64,000 nt of DNA from Alphaproteobacteria bacterium (GTDB taxonomy: Bacteria > Pseudomonadota > Alphaproteobacteria > SP197): the NCBI GenBank assembly GCA_965221115.1, contig CBDCRU010000002.1, forward strand, positions 628,172-692,171, in the 5' to 3' direction. Both the position numbers and the translations under genes were made by a program. Positions 50,048 to 60,459 of the stretch are shown in pieces (within the stretch, counting starts at the first letter, position 1; the number at the start of each line of letters is the position of its first letter). The notes under the pieces were generated by a model. The model saw nothing but the letters and a program-made list of their open reading frames with translations. It did not search any database and had not been told where the DNA came from.

Positions 50048-51445
50048 TCAGGCACACCAGACGCCCTCCCGCACAAGTTCGTCCGCTGCCATCGAGATGG
50101 ACTTGCGAAGGACACGCTCGACGAAATCGATCTCAGTGTCGCCCAGAACCAGGGGAGGGGAAAGCACGCTCAGGTGACCCAGGGGCCGGACGATCAGACC
50201 CTCGCGCCGCGCGTGAGTTGCGATCCGTTCCCCAATCCGTGCTTCGGGCGGCAGGAGAGCCTTGCTCTCCCGGTCGGCCACGCACTCGATTGCATGCATG
50301 AAGCCCATGCCGCGAACCTCTCCGACCAGAGGCAAGTCGCTCAACCGGGACAGGGCCTCGCGAAAGCGCGAACCGAACGTGCGCACGTGGCCCGGCAGGT
50401 CCTCGTGTTCCATGATGGCGATGTTCGCCAGGGCCGCCGCGCAGCAGATCGGGTGCTCGGAGTAGGTGAAGCCGTGTGTGAAGAGCGCGCCTTCTTCCAT
50501 CGGGGTGCGGATGGTCTCGAAGATCCTGTCCGACACGATCGTCGCGCCAAGCGGTTGGTAACCCGACGTGAGTCCCTTGGCGCACGTCACGATGTCTGGC
50601 GACATGCCGAAGATCGCATCGGAGGAAAAGTACTCGCCAAGTCTGCCGAAGCCCGTCACCACCTCATCAGCGATCACGAGAATGTCGTTGTCGTGACAGA
50701 GCTTCGAGATTCGCCTGAGATAGTCATGCGGCGGCACGATGACGCCGGCCATCCCCATGATCGGTTCGGCGAAGAAGCAGGCGATGTTCTCGGCGCCGAC
50801 GTGTTCGATCACGTCCCGGCACTCGGCGAGCAGAAGATCGCAGAACTCCTCCTCGGACGTGTCGTCAGGCCGGCGGTAGACGTAGGGAGCGGAAAGGACG
50901 TTCACGCCGATGTCCGGCGAATCAAAGCCGATCTTGTTGGCCGCCATGCCCGAAAGCGCCGCGCTGACCGACGTGCTGCCGTGATAGGCCTCGGATCGGC
51001 ACAGGACCTGTTTCTTTCGATCCTGGCCAAGGTGGTTGAAGTAGTGCTGGACGATCCTCAGCGCGGAATCGTTGGCCGTCGAACCGCCGCCGGAATAGAC
51101 GACGCGGTTGAGGTCGCCCGGGGCGAGATCGGCAAGCTTCGCGCTCAGCCTTGCGGCCGGCGGGTTGGTCGTGTTGCGAAACGGGCAGGCGAACGGGAGT
51201 TGGCGGGCCTGCTCCAGGATCGCCTGCGCGATCTCTTCGCGACCGTAGCCGACATTGACGCACCAAACGCCTCCCATTCCGTCCAGGAGGCGATTGCCGT
51301 CGGAGTCCGTCACGTAGGCGCCCTCGGCATGAACCAGGATCTCGGACCGGCCGGAGCCAAGCACCGCGAGGTCTGCCCAGCCGCGCAAGGAATGCCGTTG
51401 ATCCTGCATTTCCAGTTCAACGGAATTGATGGGTGCGTTAAGCAT
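50048..51445 (-). CDS. Class III (omega/acetylornithine-type) PLP aminotransferase
   Basis: IADEVVTGFGRLG and TCAKGLTSG (Schiff-base Lys) motifs. Confidence 0.85.
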   Translation of the reverse strand: MLNAPINSVELEMQDQRHSLRGWADLAVLGSGRSEILVHAEGAYVTDSDGNRLLDGMGGVWCVNVGYGREEIAQAILEQARQLPFACPFRNTTNPPAARLSAKLADLAPGDLNRVVYSGGGSTANDSALRIVQHYFNHLGQDRKKQVLCRSEAYHGSTSVSAALSGMAANKIGFDSPDIGVNVLSAPYVYRRPDDTSEEEFCDLLLAECRDVIEHVGAENIACFFAEPIMGMAGVIVPPHDYLRRISKLCHDNDILVIADEVVTGFGRLGEYFSSDAIFGMSPDIVTCAKGLTSGYQPLGATIVSDRIFETIRTPMEEGALFTHGFTYSEHPICCAAALANIAIMEHEDLPGHVRTFGSRFREALSRLSDLPLVGEVRGMGFMHAIECVADRESKALLPPEARIGERIATHARREGLIVRPLGHLSVLSPPLVLGDTEIDFVERVLRKSISMAADELVREGVWCA

Positions 51446-51672
51446 CGCAGCAGCCCCTGTCTTGTCGACCCCCGACAAGGCACGGGGTCAACCTGAGCGG
51501 CTCGTGACCGATGTCGGCATGGACGGCGCGAGACTAGCAGGTGCCGGAATGCGCACCATGCGAATATCTCTCATGGATCATGAATCCCCTGTCTCACGCC
51601 CGCTTGCGGCCTTCACAAGGTCCAAGCGCTTTGGGATGATGGAACACCGGAGAGCAATGAGGGCGAGCAGCG

Positions 51673-52611
51673 ATGATGCCACCCCTTAAGGGACTGAAGG
51701 TCTTCGAGGCCGCGGCGCGCTTCGAGAGCTTCTCCCGGGCTGCCGAGGAACTCAACGTTACCCAGTCGGCGGTGAGCCACCAGGTCCGCAACCTCGAGGC
51801 CTTCCTGGAGATTGAACTGTTCGAGCGCATCAACGGCGCCTTGAAGCTGACCGACGCCGGCTTGTCCTTGTTCAAGGAGCTGAATGTTGCATTCCGGCAC
51901 ATCGATCAGGGCATCGCCAATCTGAAAGCCAGCCAGGAGGGACGTCTGATTGGCGTGTCTCTCAATCCCCACTTTGCTCTCCGCTGGCTGACGCCGCGGC
52001 TGGGCGCCTTTTGGAAGCTCCGCCCGGGTTTCGAACTGCGCTTCGTTCACGACTACGACCCGGCGGATTTCTCGGATCCCGAGATTCACCTGTCAGTCGA
52101 GTGGCGGCATGCTACGGACCGCGATCCGAACGCCAGCCTGCTCATCCCTGGCGAACTCACGCCCGCCTGCAGCCCGTCGATCCTCAAAGGCGCGCATGCC
52201 GTGAGGACTCCCCGGGATCTCGAAAAACACTCCCTGCTTCACGGCAGGGGCCAGAGGGCCTGGCGTGACTGGCTGGACCTCGCCGGGGTGCCGGACCTCC
52301 GTCCCACCTACAACGAGATTTACGAGGACACCAACGTTCGCTTGCAGGCGGCGATGGAGGGCGAGGGCGTTATGCTGGTGTTTCCCGCCCTGGTTGTCGA
52401 CGAAATCGACGCGGGCAGGCTGGTGTGTCCGCTGGACATCAGTTTGACGACATTCTCCTATTACGTCGTCACGCCCCGCTCCCGCATCGAGAACAGGAAC
52501 GTGCGGTATTTCCGAGAATGGCTCCTGTCGCAAAGCGGCCCTCCGAGCGGCCGGCCAGGAAGCGCCATCGGGTGTTCGGCCCGGCAGGCGGCGAAGTCTC
52601 TTCGCATCTAG
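51673..52611 (+). CDS. LysR-family transcriptional regulator
   Basis: N-terminal HTH LKVFEAAARFESFSRAAEELNVTQSAVSHQVRNLE; divergent from the aminotransferase. Confidence 0.85.
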   Translation: MMPPLKGLKVFEAAARFESFSRAAEELNVTQSAVSHQVRNLEAFLEIELFERINGALKLTDAGLSLFKELNVAFRHIDQGIANLKASQEGRLIGVSLNPHFALRWLTPRLGAFWKLRPGFELRFVHDYDPADFSDPEIHLSVEWRHATDRDPNASLLIPGELTPACSPSILKGAHAVRTPRDLEKHSLLHGRGQRAWRDWLDLAGVPDLRPTYNEIYEDTNVRLQAAMEGEGVMLVFPALVVDEIDAGRLVCPLDISLTTFSYYVVTPRSRIENRNVRYFREWLLSQSGPPSGRPGSAIGCSARQAAKSLRI

Positions 52612-52877
52612 CCGCCGATCGCAGGGCGGTGCTTGGCAGACGTTCTCCGAGAGAATTTCTCGTGAAGCATGAGCAAACCGCGTTTGGAGTCCTTGCGGGC
52701 TGACCTCAGACTGCTTGCGTGATCGGAAGCAGGGTACGAGGTTCCAGGAGTTTGGAAAGCGTGGGCGGACGTGCAGCGAAACCTGATTCCGGAAACGGCG
52801 TCACCCCTGAGACAGGAGACTACCGGGGCTACAGCCAGACGGGGGATTCGGCCGAAGACCCGGAACTGACGCACGTG

Positions 52878-54140
52878 ATGCCACGCACTCCATGCGGCGA
52901 ACTGTTACGCCGCTACTGGCATCCGGTAGCCATGAGTTCGGATATCGAAGATGGCCCCTGTGCACTGCGCATTCTCGGCGAGAATCTCGTCCTCTACCGG
53001 GACCTCAGCGGCAATGTAGGCTTGCTCCACCTCAACTGCGTTCATCGCGGTGCCTCTCTTCTCTACGGTGTCTGCGAAAGGCATGGCCTGAGGTGCTGCT
53101 ATCATGGTTGGCTCTTCGCGTCCGACGGCACCATTCTGGAGACTCCCGGTGAGCCGGCAGGGAGCCAGGGTGCCGCCAATCTGAGGCGCAAGCTGAAGCA
53201 GGGAGCCTATCCCGCAAGGGAACACAACGGCCTGATTTTCGCCTACCTGGGGCCGCCGGACCGGATCCCCGAGTTTCCGATCTACGATACTTTCCAGATC
53301 GCGGGAACCGTGACGCAGCCCTACACGCGGGACTATCCGTGTAACTGGCTCCAGATCACCGAGAACGCGATGGATCCGGTCCACGCGGTGTTTCTTCACG
53401 TTCGTGCGACCGGGCCCCAGTTCGATCAGGCTTGGGGCCAGATCGGAGTCAGGGATTTCCATGAGCGTGCGAGCGGTCTGTACTACACCAACGCCCGACG
53501 CGTGGACGGCAACCTCTGGGTTCGCATTCACGAGGTCGTCGTCCCGAACCTGACCCACGCCGGCGCAGTCATGACGATGGACGGCAAGACGCCCAAGTAC
53601 TTCGGGCGGAACACGTTCACCCGGTGGGTCGTGCCCGTTGACAACGAGAACACCCGTGTCTTCGCTTGGGCGAACTTCGGCGAGCGCACCGATCCTGACC
53701 AGGCGGATTGGCGCACCGAAGCGGGTATCGACATCATCGAAGGCGGCATGCCGCGTGAGCGTTCGGACGATGATGCGCGAAAATTCCCCGGGGACTACGA
53801 GGCCTTTGTCGGCCAGGGGCCGATCTCGATCCATGCCAACGAGCATCTCATGTCATCGGACCGCGGCGTCATCCTGTTTCGCTCGCGCCTGAAGAGCCTC
53901 GTTCGGGCGCTTCAGGCGGGGGAGGAGCCCGCTCAGCCGTCGCAGCTTTTCCAGGCTCCGATCCCGACCTACTGCGGCGACACGGTCCTGCGCATCAGGA
54001 ACTGCGAGGACGACGTGGCAATCCTGCATCACTCACGACAGATCATGAAGATCATCCAAAGCGGCGACGGCTTGGCACCGGAGCATCGCGACAGGCATGT
54101 CATCGAGCAGCTTCGCGCCTACGAGGCAGGGCAGCAATGA
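52878..54140 (+). CDS. Rieske [2Fe-2S] non-heme-iron oxygenase alpha subunit (GbcA-like; adjacent to proVWX and sox genes)
   Basis: CVHRGASL...CCYHGWLF Rieske motif; start taken as ATG 52878, although GTG 52719 is possible. Confidence 0.8.
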   Translation: MPRTPCGELLRRYWHPVAMSSDIEDGPCALRILGENLVLYRDLSGNVGLLHLNCVHRGASLLYGVCERHGLRCCYHGWLFASDGTILETPGEPAGSQGAANLRRKLKQGAYPAREHNGLIFAYLGPPDRIPEFPIYDTFQIAGTVTQPYTRDYPCNWLQITENAMDPVHAVFLHVRATGPQFDQAWGQIGVRDFHERASGLYYTNARRVDGNLWVRIHEVVVPNLTHAGAVMTMDGKTPKYFGRNTFTRWVVPVDNENTRVFAWANFGERTDPDQADWRTEAGIDIIEGGMPRERSDDDARKFPGDYEAFVGQGPISIHANEHLMSSDRGVILFRSRLKSLVRALQAGEEPAQPSQLFQAPIPTYCGDTVLRIRNCEDDVAILHHSRQIMKIIQSGDGLAPEHRDRHVIEQLRAYEAGQQ

Positions 54141-54361
54141 TCCCGGCACGTGAGTTCCGGGCAACGGTCGACGTCGGACAAGGGTGAGGACCTGACCGAA
54201 CTGGAGAAAGACCGATCTCTTCGAGTTTCGCGACGACAGGCACGGCCACAAGCGAACCGCCTCTCTTGAACGGGCGGCGGCGTGCTGACATGCGAACTGT
54301 TCGACGAGACCGCTCGTCGCCAGGAAGAGTTCGGCCGATCCCCACCGGGAGGGAATGCACC

Positions 54362-55417
54362 ATGCCTCGATCCGTCGTTGAGCTTCAGGGAGTCTGGAAG
54401 GTCTTTGGCGACCGAGCGGACGAAGCGCTTCAGGCCATGCGCGACGACGCGATGTCAAAGGCGGAGGTGCTGGAGCGCTTCGGTTGCGTCGTCGGCGTCC
54501 GGAACGCCACCTTCTCTGTCGGAGAAGGCGAAGTCTTTTGCATCATGGGACTTTCGGGCAGTGGCAAGTCCACCTTGGTCCGCCATATCAACCGACTCCT
54601 GGAACCCACCGCCGGTCGGATCTTCGTCGACGGTGAAGACATCATGCAGAAGGACGCCAGACAGCTTCGTTTCCTGCGCGCCGAGAAGATCGGCATGGTG
54701 TTTCAGAACGTTGCCCTTCTGCCCCATCGCACGGTGGCCGACAACGTAGCCCTGCCCCTCGACGTCAAGGGTCTCTGTCGGCGCGACCGCCGCGAGATCG
54801 CCGAGCGGACACTCGCGCTGGTCGAATTGTCGGGATGGGAGAATCACTACGCCCACGAGCTCTCAGGCGGCATGCAGCAACGGGTCGGCCTGGCCCGTGC
54901 TCTGGCGGCCGACCCGACGATACTGCTGATGGACGAACCCTTCAGCGCGCTGGATCCGTTGATACGCCGGCAGCTCCAGGACGAGTTTGTCCAGCTTTCC
55001 AAGGTCACGGGCAAGACTACCGTCTTCATCACGCACGATCTCGACGAGGCCATTCGGATCGGTCACCGCATCGCCATCATGAACGACGGTGGTCTCGTTC
55101 AGATCGGCACGCCAGAAGAGATCGTGACGAACCCGGTCGACGACTATGTCGCCGATTTCGTCGCCGGTATTTCACGACTGACGCTGGTCACCGCCCGCAG
55201 CGTGATGATCCCGATCGAAACCTACCGGACGCACGACGCTGGCGCGCTGTCTGGAGCGCTACGCGCACCGGAGGATTCCGATCTCGATCACCTGATCGAC
55301 CTTGCGGTCGAACGTGACGGTCCGATCGTGATCACGAACAAGCAGGGTCACGACGTCGGCGTGGTCGACAGGCAACACCTCCTGCGAGGATTTCAAAGGG
55401 GAAAGGGCCATGCGTGA
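54362..55417 (+). CDS. proV: Glycine betaine/proline ABC transporter ATP-binding protein (with CBS-type C-terminus)
   Basis: Walker A GLSGSGKST, signature LSGGMQQRV; gggaggg RBS. Confidence 0.9.
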   Translation: MPRSVVELQGVWKVFGDRADEALQAMRDDAMSKAEVLERFGCVVGVRNATFSVGEGEVFCIMGLSGSGKSTLVRHINRLLEPTAGRIFVDGEDIMQKDARQLRFLRAEKIGMVFQNVALLPHRTVADNVALPLDVKGLCRRDRREIAERTLALVELSGWENHYAHELSGGMQQRVGLARALAADPTILLMDEPFSALDPLIRRQLQDEFVQLSKVTGKTTVFITHDLDEAIRIGHRIAIMNDGGLVQIGTPEEIVTNPVDDYVADFVAGISRLTLVTARSVMIPIETYRTHDAGALSGALRAPEDSDLDHLIDLAVERDGPIVITNKQGHDVGVVDRQHLLRGFQRGKGHA

Positions 55418-56945
55418 GTCCACACCCGCGCCGGGCGGTAGCGCCGGCGATGTCCCCGACGATGTCCGCACCTTCATCGGCTCGAAAGCCGGCTACTACC
55501 GGCAGAGGTTCGAGCAGCTGGACGCTGCGACCGGCTTTGTGCCGGCCTTCAACGTGTCGGCTGCGATCCTGGGTCCTGTCTGGCTCGCAGCACGGCGACT
55601 CTGGATTCACTTCTGGGTGTTTCTGATCCTCGAGACCTTGGCCGTCGTGCAACTGTGCCGGGGTCTGTTTGCCGATCTGGGCGCTTCGGAATATGCCCGC
55701 GCGGAACGACTGTCGGACAGCGCCGCATCGCGCCGCGCGGAAGCCGACGAGGCTCTGGCTAGCGGCGCCGACAATGCCGGCACGCTGGTGGAGTCGGCGG
55801 CGGCCCTGGAGCGAGCCAGCACCGCATCCCTGGAAAAGGCGGACGCTATCGCCGCGACGGCACCCTCGCTCGTGATTCTCGGCATCGGCCTCCTGCTGAT
55901 AGCGAAGGGCATGCAAGGTCTGCTGGCCAACCGGGCCTTGAATGCGCGGTTTCGGCGATGGTGCGCCGACCGTTCCCTGGCCCGTGGCCTGGATCTTCCG
56001 GTCAGCGGGCTCACGGCGGCCTTCGTCGCGATGACATACTCGCTGACGGCCTACCGTTTCACGGAAACCGACGTGCCGGGCTGGTTGGAGACCTTTCCGG
56101 CAAGCCGCTTGTGGCGCAAGGAAACAGCATCCTGGATCGATGGGTCCTTTCAGTGGATGACCGAAGCCGGGGCCGGGCTCTTCGTGGGTATCACCGGCGC
56201 CATCAGCGCCCTCTTGAATGCGATGGAGACGCTGCTCGTCGCCACGCCCTGGCCGGTCGTGATGGCCGTGATCGTTCTCCTGTCTCTGAAGGTCGCAGGC
56301 GCCCGCGTCGCCATCTTCACGGCAGCGTCGCTGGCCTATCTGGCGCTGCTCGGTTTCTGGGAAAAGAGCATGATCACCATTGCCCTTCTCGGATCTGCAG
56401 CCCTGCTCTGCCTTATCATAGGCATACCCCTGGGCATCCTCTGCGCAAGGAGCAGGGGCGTCTACACGGTGGTGCGGCCCATTCTCGACCTGATGCAGAC
56501 CGTGCCCTCGTTCGTCTATCTGATCCCTGTCATCGCATTTTTTGGGATCGGCAAGCCACCGGGTATCCTGGCGACCATCGTCTTCGGCATGCCCCCGGTG
56601 GTCAGGCTCACGGTACTGGGCCTGCAAGGCGTGCCTGGCTCGGTGCGTGAAGCCGCCAACGCGTTCGGCGTCTCGAAGACCTACATGCTGCTGAAGGTGG
56701 ATCTGCCACTGGCAGCGCCCTCAATCATGACCGGCATCAACCAGACGATCCTGATGTGCCTGTCGATGGTGGTTGTCGCGTCGCTCATCGGGGCCAAGGG
56801 CCTCGGCGAGGACGTCCTGCAAGCGCTCACCTACGCGAACGAGGGCCAAGGCGTCCTGGCGGGGCTGGCCATTCTTCTGTGCGCGATGGTTCTCGACCGC
56901 ATCGTTCAGGGGCGAGGGGGCCAAAGCAGGATTGTCTCACAGTGA
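55410..56945 (+). CDS. proW: Glycine betaine/proline ABC transporter permease (long N-terminal extension)
   Basis: Polytopic BPD_transp_1-like with the EAA-type loop; overlaps the proV stop. Confidence 0.85.
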   Translation: MRESTPAPGGSAGDVPDDVRTFIGSKAGYYRQRFEQLDAATGFVPAFNVSAAILGPVWLAARRLWIHFWVFLILETLAVVQLCRGLFADLGASEYARAERLSDSAASRRAEADEALASGADNAGTLVESAAALERASTASLEKADAIAATAPSLVILGIGLLLIAKGMQGLLANRALNARFRRWCADRSLARGLDLPVSGLTAAFVAMTYSLTAYRFTETDVPGWLETFPASRLWRKETASWIDGSFQWMTEAGAGLFVGITGAISALLNAMETLLVATPWPVVMAVIVLLSLKVAGARVAIFTAASLAYLALLGFWEKSMITIALLGSAALLCLIIGIPLGILCARSRGVYTVVRPILDLMQTVPSFVYLIPVIAFFGIGKPPGILATIVFGMPPVVRLTVLGLQGVPGSVREAANAFGVSKTYMLLKVDLPLAAPSIMTGINQTILMCLSMVVVASLIGAKGLGEDVLQALTYANEGQGVLAGLAILLCAMVLDRIVQGRGGQSRIVSQ

Positions 56946-56982
56946 ATGTCAATCACAGAACTTCAAAATGAAGGAGGCTTCC

Positions 56983-57948
56983 ATGTTGAAACGTTTCTCA
57001 ATCGCGGTGTCGGCAGTGGCATGCTGGCTCGCTCTGGGTGTCGCGCAGGCCGAGGAGAAGATCGTCATCGGTCAGCCCAACTGGGCCTACGCGCAGGTCA
57101 TGTCGAACGTCCTCAAGTTCATGATCGAGGACAACTACGGGATCGAGGTGGAGTTCGTACCCGGAACGCCCCCTGTCTTCTTCAAGGCCATGGACCAGGG
57201 GACGGGAGAGGTCGATATTCATCCCGATGTCTGGCTGCCCAACAATCAGGGACTGGTCGATGAATATGTCGACGGCAACGGGACCGTCGCTCTCACCCAG
57301 GAGACCTTTGCGGCCATGGACGGCTTCTGCACGACGCAGGCGGCCAAGGACAGGTATGGCCTGGCTTCGGTGTACGACCTGACGCGGCCGGAGATCGTCG
57401 AACTGACGGACCGCAACGGTGATGGCAGGGGCGAGATCTGGGTTGGCGCACCGGATTGGGCATCGACCAACATCCACAGAGTCAGGGCTCGCGACTACGG
57501 ATTTTCGGACCTCTACGAACTCACGGTCAGCGAGGAAACCGTCATCCTTGCGCAGATTGACGCGGACGCCAAGGCGGACAGGGTCATCGTCTGGGCCTGC
57601 TATCTGCCCCACCATATCTTCGGCATGCATGCGCTTGCCGTGCTGGAGGAACCCGAGCACGACCCGGCCAAGTGGAACATGGCGGATGCAGCCCAGGACC
57701 CGAACTGGTACGAGAACTCATACGTGGCAACGTCCTTTCCGCCGATCAGTGCCCACATGGCCTACTCCAGGAGACTGGAAACCGCCGCACCCAACGTCGT
57801 GAAGCTCCTGAACAGCGTCGTTTTCGGCACGCAGCTGGTCAACGAGTGGTCCTCGGCCGTTTCGGTCGACGAGCGCGACCCGGCCGAGTACGCCCGGGAA
57901 TGGGTCGACAACAATCAGGACCTGGTCAGGTCTTGGCTCGGGGGCTGA
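56983..57948 (+). CDS. proX: Glycine betaine/proline ABC transporter substrate-binding protein
   Basis: Signal peptide MLKRFSIAVSAVACWLALGVAQA; aaggagg RBS. Confidence 0.85.
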   Translation: MLKRFSIAVSAVACWLALGVAQAEEKIVIGQPNWAYAQVMSNVLKFMIEDNYGIEVEFVPGTPPVFFKAMDQGTGEVDIHPDVWLPNNQGLVDEYVDGNGTVALTQETFAAMDGFCTTQAAKDRYGLASVYDLTRPEIVELTDRNGDGRGEIWVGAPDWASTNIHRVRARDYGFSDLYELTVSEETVILAQIDADAKADRVIVWACYLPHHIFGMHALAVLEEPEHDPAKWNMADAAQDPNWYENSYVATSFPPISAHMAYSRRLETAAPNVVKLLNSVVFGTQLVNEWSSAVSVDERDPAEYAREWVDNNQDLVRSWLGG

Positions 57949-58454
57949 GCGGTTTCTGCCGGTCGATCCGGGGTGGCCGCAACGCGGCCACCCCGCCGCC
58001 GCTGGGCAAACACGCGATTGCCCGTGAGGCGGCAAATCAGAGGCTTCGCCTCTGACTGACCAGGCGTTTCGTCCGACCGGGGAATGCAGTTGCCGACGCC
58101 GGCGATGGACGAATAAGTGGCTTGCGACCGACACGCCTGTCGAGCGCCAGATCCTCTTGCCGTCGACTTGATGGTGGAGAAAGAAACGCGTGTGCCCTGA
58201 GGGAAGGACACACACGCCAAGGCTCCGGATGACGGATTTCGCGGACGTCCAGGATCATCTCATCCTGCTTGAGGGAATTGACGCTTCGTTGCGTCGGGCG
58301 GTCTTTCTGCATAGCTTTCTGCCCTGTTCCTGTTGCACCGGAGGATCGGAAGCGACCTGGGACTGTGCACCCGGCAACAGCTCGTGAGAGTGATTGGGTT
58401 TTGTTTCAGTGTGTTACTTCTTCGTATGGCACCGAGGGTGTGGGAAGGATATCC

Positions 58455-58838
58455 ATGGCGATCGATTTCGACACGTATGACGACCAGAACATCTTCGCGA
58501 AGATCCTGCGCGGCGAGCTTCCCTGCACCAGGGTCCGGGAGGAGGAACACGTGCTCGCCTTCAGGGACATCGCGCCCCAGGCTCCCGAACATGTGCTTGT
58601 CATCCCCAAGGGGCGCTACATTGCCCACGACGACTTCCACCGCAACGCCAGCGACGCCGAGATCGTCGCCTTCTGGAGGACCGTGGCGGCGATCTGCGAT
58701 GAGCTCGGGGTTCGTGACCGTGGTCACAGGCTGATTGCCAATCAGGGCCGGGACGGCCACCAGGTCGTTCCCCACTTCCATGTCCATATCCTCGCCGGGA
58801 ACGATCTCGGTCCGATGCTTCCCGGATCGTCAACCTGA
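58455..58838 (+). CDS. HIT-family (histidine triad) protein
   Basis: IFAKILRGELP... and HFHVHILAG histidine-triad motif; ATG 58455. Confidence 0.8.
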   Translation: MAIDFDTYDDQNIFAKILRGELPCTRVREEEHVLAFRDIAPQAPEHVLVIPKGRYIAHDDFHRNASDAEIVAFWRTVAAICDELGVRDRGHRLIANQGRDGHQVVPHFHVHILAGNDLGPMLPGSST

Positions 58839-58911
58839 AACGTACCGGCGGCATGGACAGGGTCCGGCCTCTGGTTTACACCTCCGCCTTCCTGCGAGGA
58901 GCGAATCCTCC

Positions 58912-60168
58912 ATGCCATTCGCCCTGCTCAAACACGGCCTCACCCGGCGTCGCAGCGTTCCGGACGCCTTTCCCGAACCCGGAGACCTGAAGGACTCATA
59001 CGACATCGTCATCGTCGGCGGTGGCGGTCACGGCCTGGCAACCGCCTACTATCTTGCCGTCGATCACGGGATCACCGACGTCGCGGTGCTTGAACGCGGG
59101 TACATCGGCGGTGGCAACACGGGCCGCAACACGGCGATCATCCGTTCCAACTACCTGACACCGGAGGGGGTGAAGTTCTACGACGAGTCGGTGAGGCTCT
59201 ACAGGGACCTCTCCAACGACTTCGACATGAACATCCTCTATTCGGAGCGCGGCCACTACACCCTGGCGCATACGGACAGCGCCATCAGGACCATGCGGTG
59301 GCGGGCCGAAGTCAACAAGCACTTCGGTATCGAATCGGAACTCGTGATGCGGGACGATCTCATGAAGATGGTGCCGCAGCTCGATTACTCCGAGGATGTC
59401 CGCTACCCCATCCTCGGGGCGCTTTACCATGCACCCGGAGCCATCGCTCGCCACGATGCGGTGGCATGGGGCTACGGCGCCGGCGCGGCGCGCCGCGGCG
59501 TCCACATCCACCAGAACACGGAGGTCACGGGTTTCGAGATCACCGGAGCCAACGGCCACGCGGGTCGTGTCACCGGGGTGAAGACCAACCGGGGAACCAT
59601 CCGCGCCGGAAAGGTGCTGCAGGCGGTGGCCGGCATGTCCGGCGAGGTGGCGGCGATGGCGGGTTTCAGGTTGCCGCTGAAGACGGTGCCGCTCCAGGCC
59701 TGTGTCAGTCAGCCCCTCAAACCCTTCCTTGACGCCATCGTCGTCTCGGGAAGCCTGCACGTCTACGTCAGCCAGTCATCCCGCGGCGAACTCGTCATGG
59801 GCGGTTCCACGGACCCCTACGGGGTCTACATGACGCGCTCGACACTCGACTTCAAGGAAGGTCTGATGATGCACCTTCTGGAACTGCTCCCCTTCATTTC
59901 CGAAGTGAAGCTGCTGCGGCAGTGGGCCGGCATGACCGACATGACGCCGGATTTCGCGCCGATCATGGGAGAGACCCCCGTCGACAACTACTATATCGAC
60001 GCCGGCTGGGGGACGTGGGGGTTCAAGGCCACGCCGGTGTGCGGCAAGGAAAATGCGCGGATGCTGGCGACCGGTGAAGTCGGAGACCTCATTCAGCCCT
60101 TTGCCCTCCAGCGCTACCACGATTTCAACCTGGTCGGGGAAAAGGGCGCGGCCAGCGTGGGTCACTGA
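58912..60168 (+). CDS. soxB: Sarcosine oxidase subunit beta
   Basis: DIVIVGGGGHGLATAYYLA FAD fold, monomeric SoxB family. Confidence 0.9.
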   Translation: MPFALLKHGLTRRRSVPDAFPEPGDLKDSYDIVIVGGGGHGLATAYYLAVDHGITDVAVLERGYIGGGNTGRNTAIIRSNYLTPEGVKFYDESVRLYRDLSNDFDMNILYSERGHYTLAHTDSAIRTMRWRAEVNKHFGIESELVMRDDLMKMVPQLDYSEDVRYPILGALYHAPGAIARHDAVAWGYGAGAARRGVHIHQNTEVTGFEITGANGHAGRVTGVKTNRGTIRAGKVLQAVAGMSGEVAAMAGFRLPLKTVPLQACVSQPLKPFLDAIVVSGSLHVYVSQSSRGELVMGGSTDPYGVYMTRSTLDFKEGLMMHLLELLPFISEVKLLRQWAGMTDMTPDFAPIMGETPVDNYYIDAGWGTWGFKATPVCGKENARMLATGEVGDLIQPFALQRYHDFNLVGEKGAASVGH

Positions 60169-60183
60169 GGAGGCTGTCAGACC

Positions 60184-60459
60184 ATGAAGATCATGCCGTG
60201 CCCGCTCAACGGTCCGCGCAACATCTCGGAGTTCTCCTGCGGTGGCGAGGTGGAGCATCTGCCGCCGCCGGACTGTGACCACGCCCAGTGGATCGACTAC
60301 GTCTACCTCGAGAACAACACCGCGGGCATCGTCCGCGAGTGGTGGTATCACACACCCACCGCCTACTGGTTCGTCGCCGAACGTGACACCCGCACGGACG
60401 AGATTCTCCGGACATGGCCGGCCGGCGAGTTCCTTGCCGAATTCGGAGAGGAACGATGA
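60184..60459 (+). CDS. soxD: Sarcosine oxidase subunit delta
   Basis: 91 aa MKIMPCPLNGPRNISEF, between soxB and soxA. Confidence 0.85.
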   Translation: MKIMPCPLNGPRNISEFSCGGEVEHLPPPDCDHAQWIDYVYLENNTAGIVREWWYHTPTAYWFVAERDTRTDEILRTWPAGEFLAEFGEER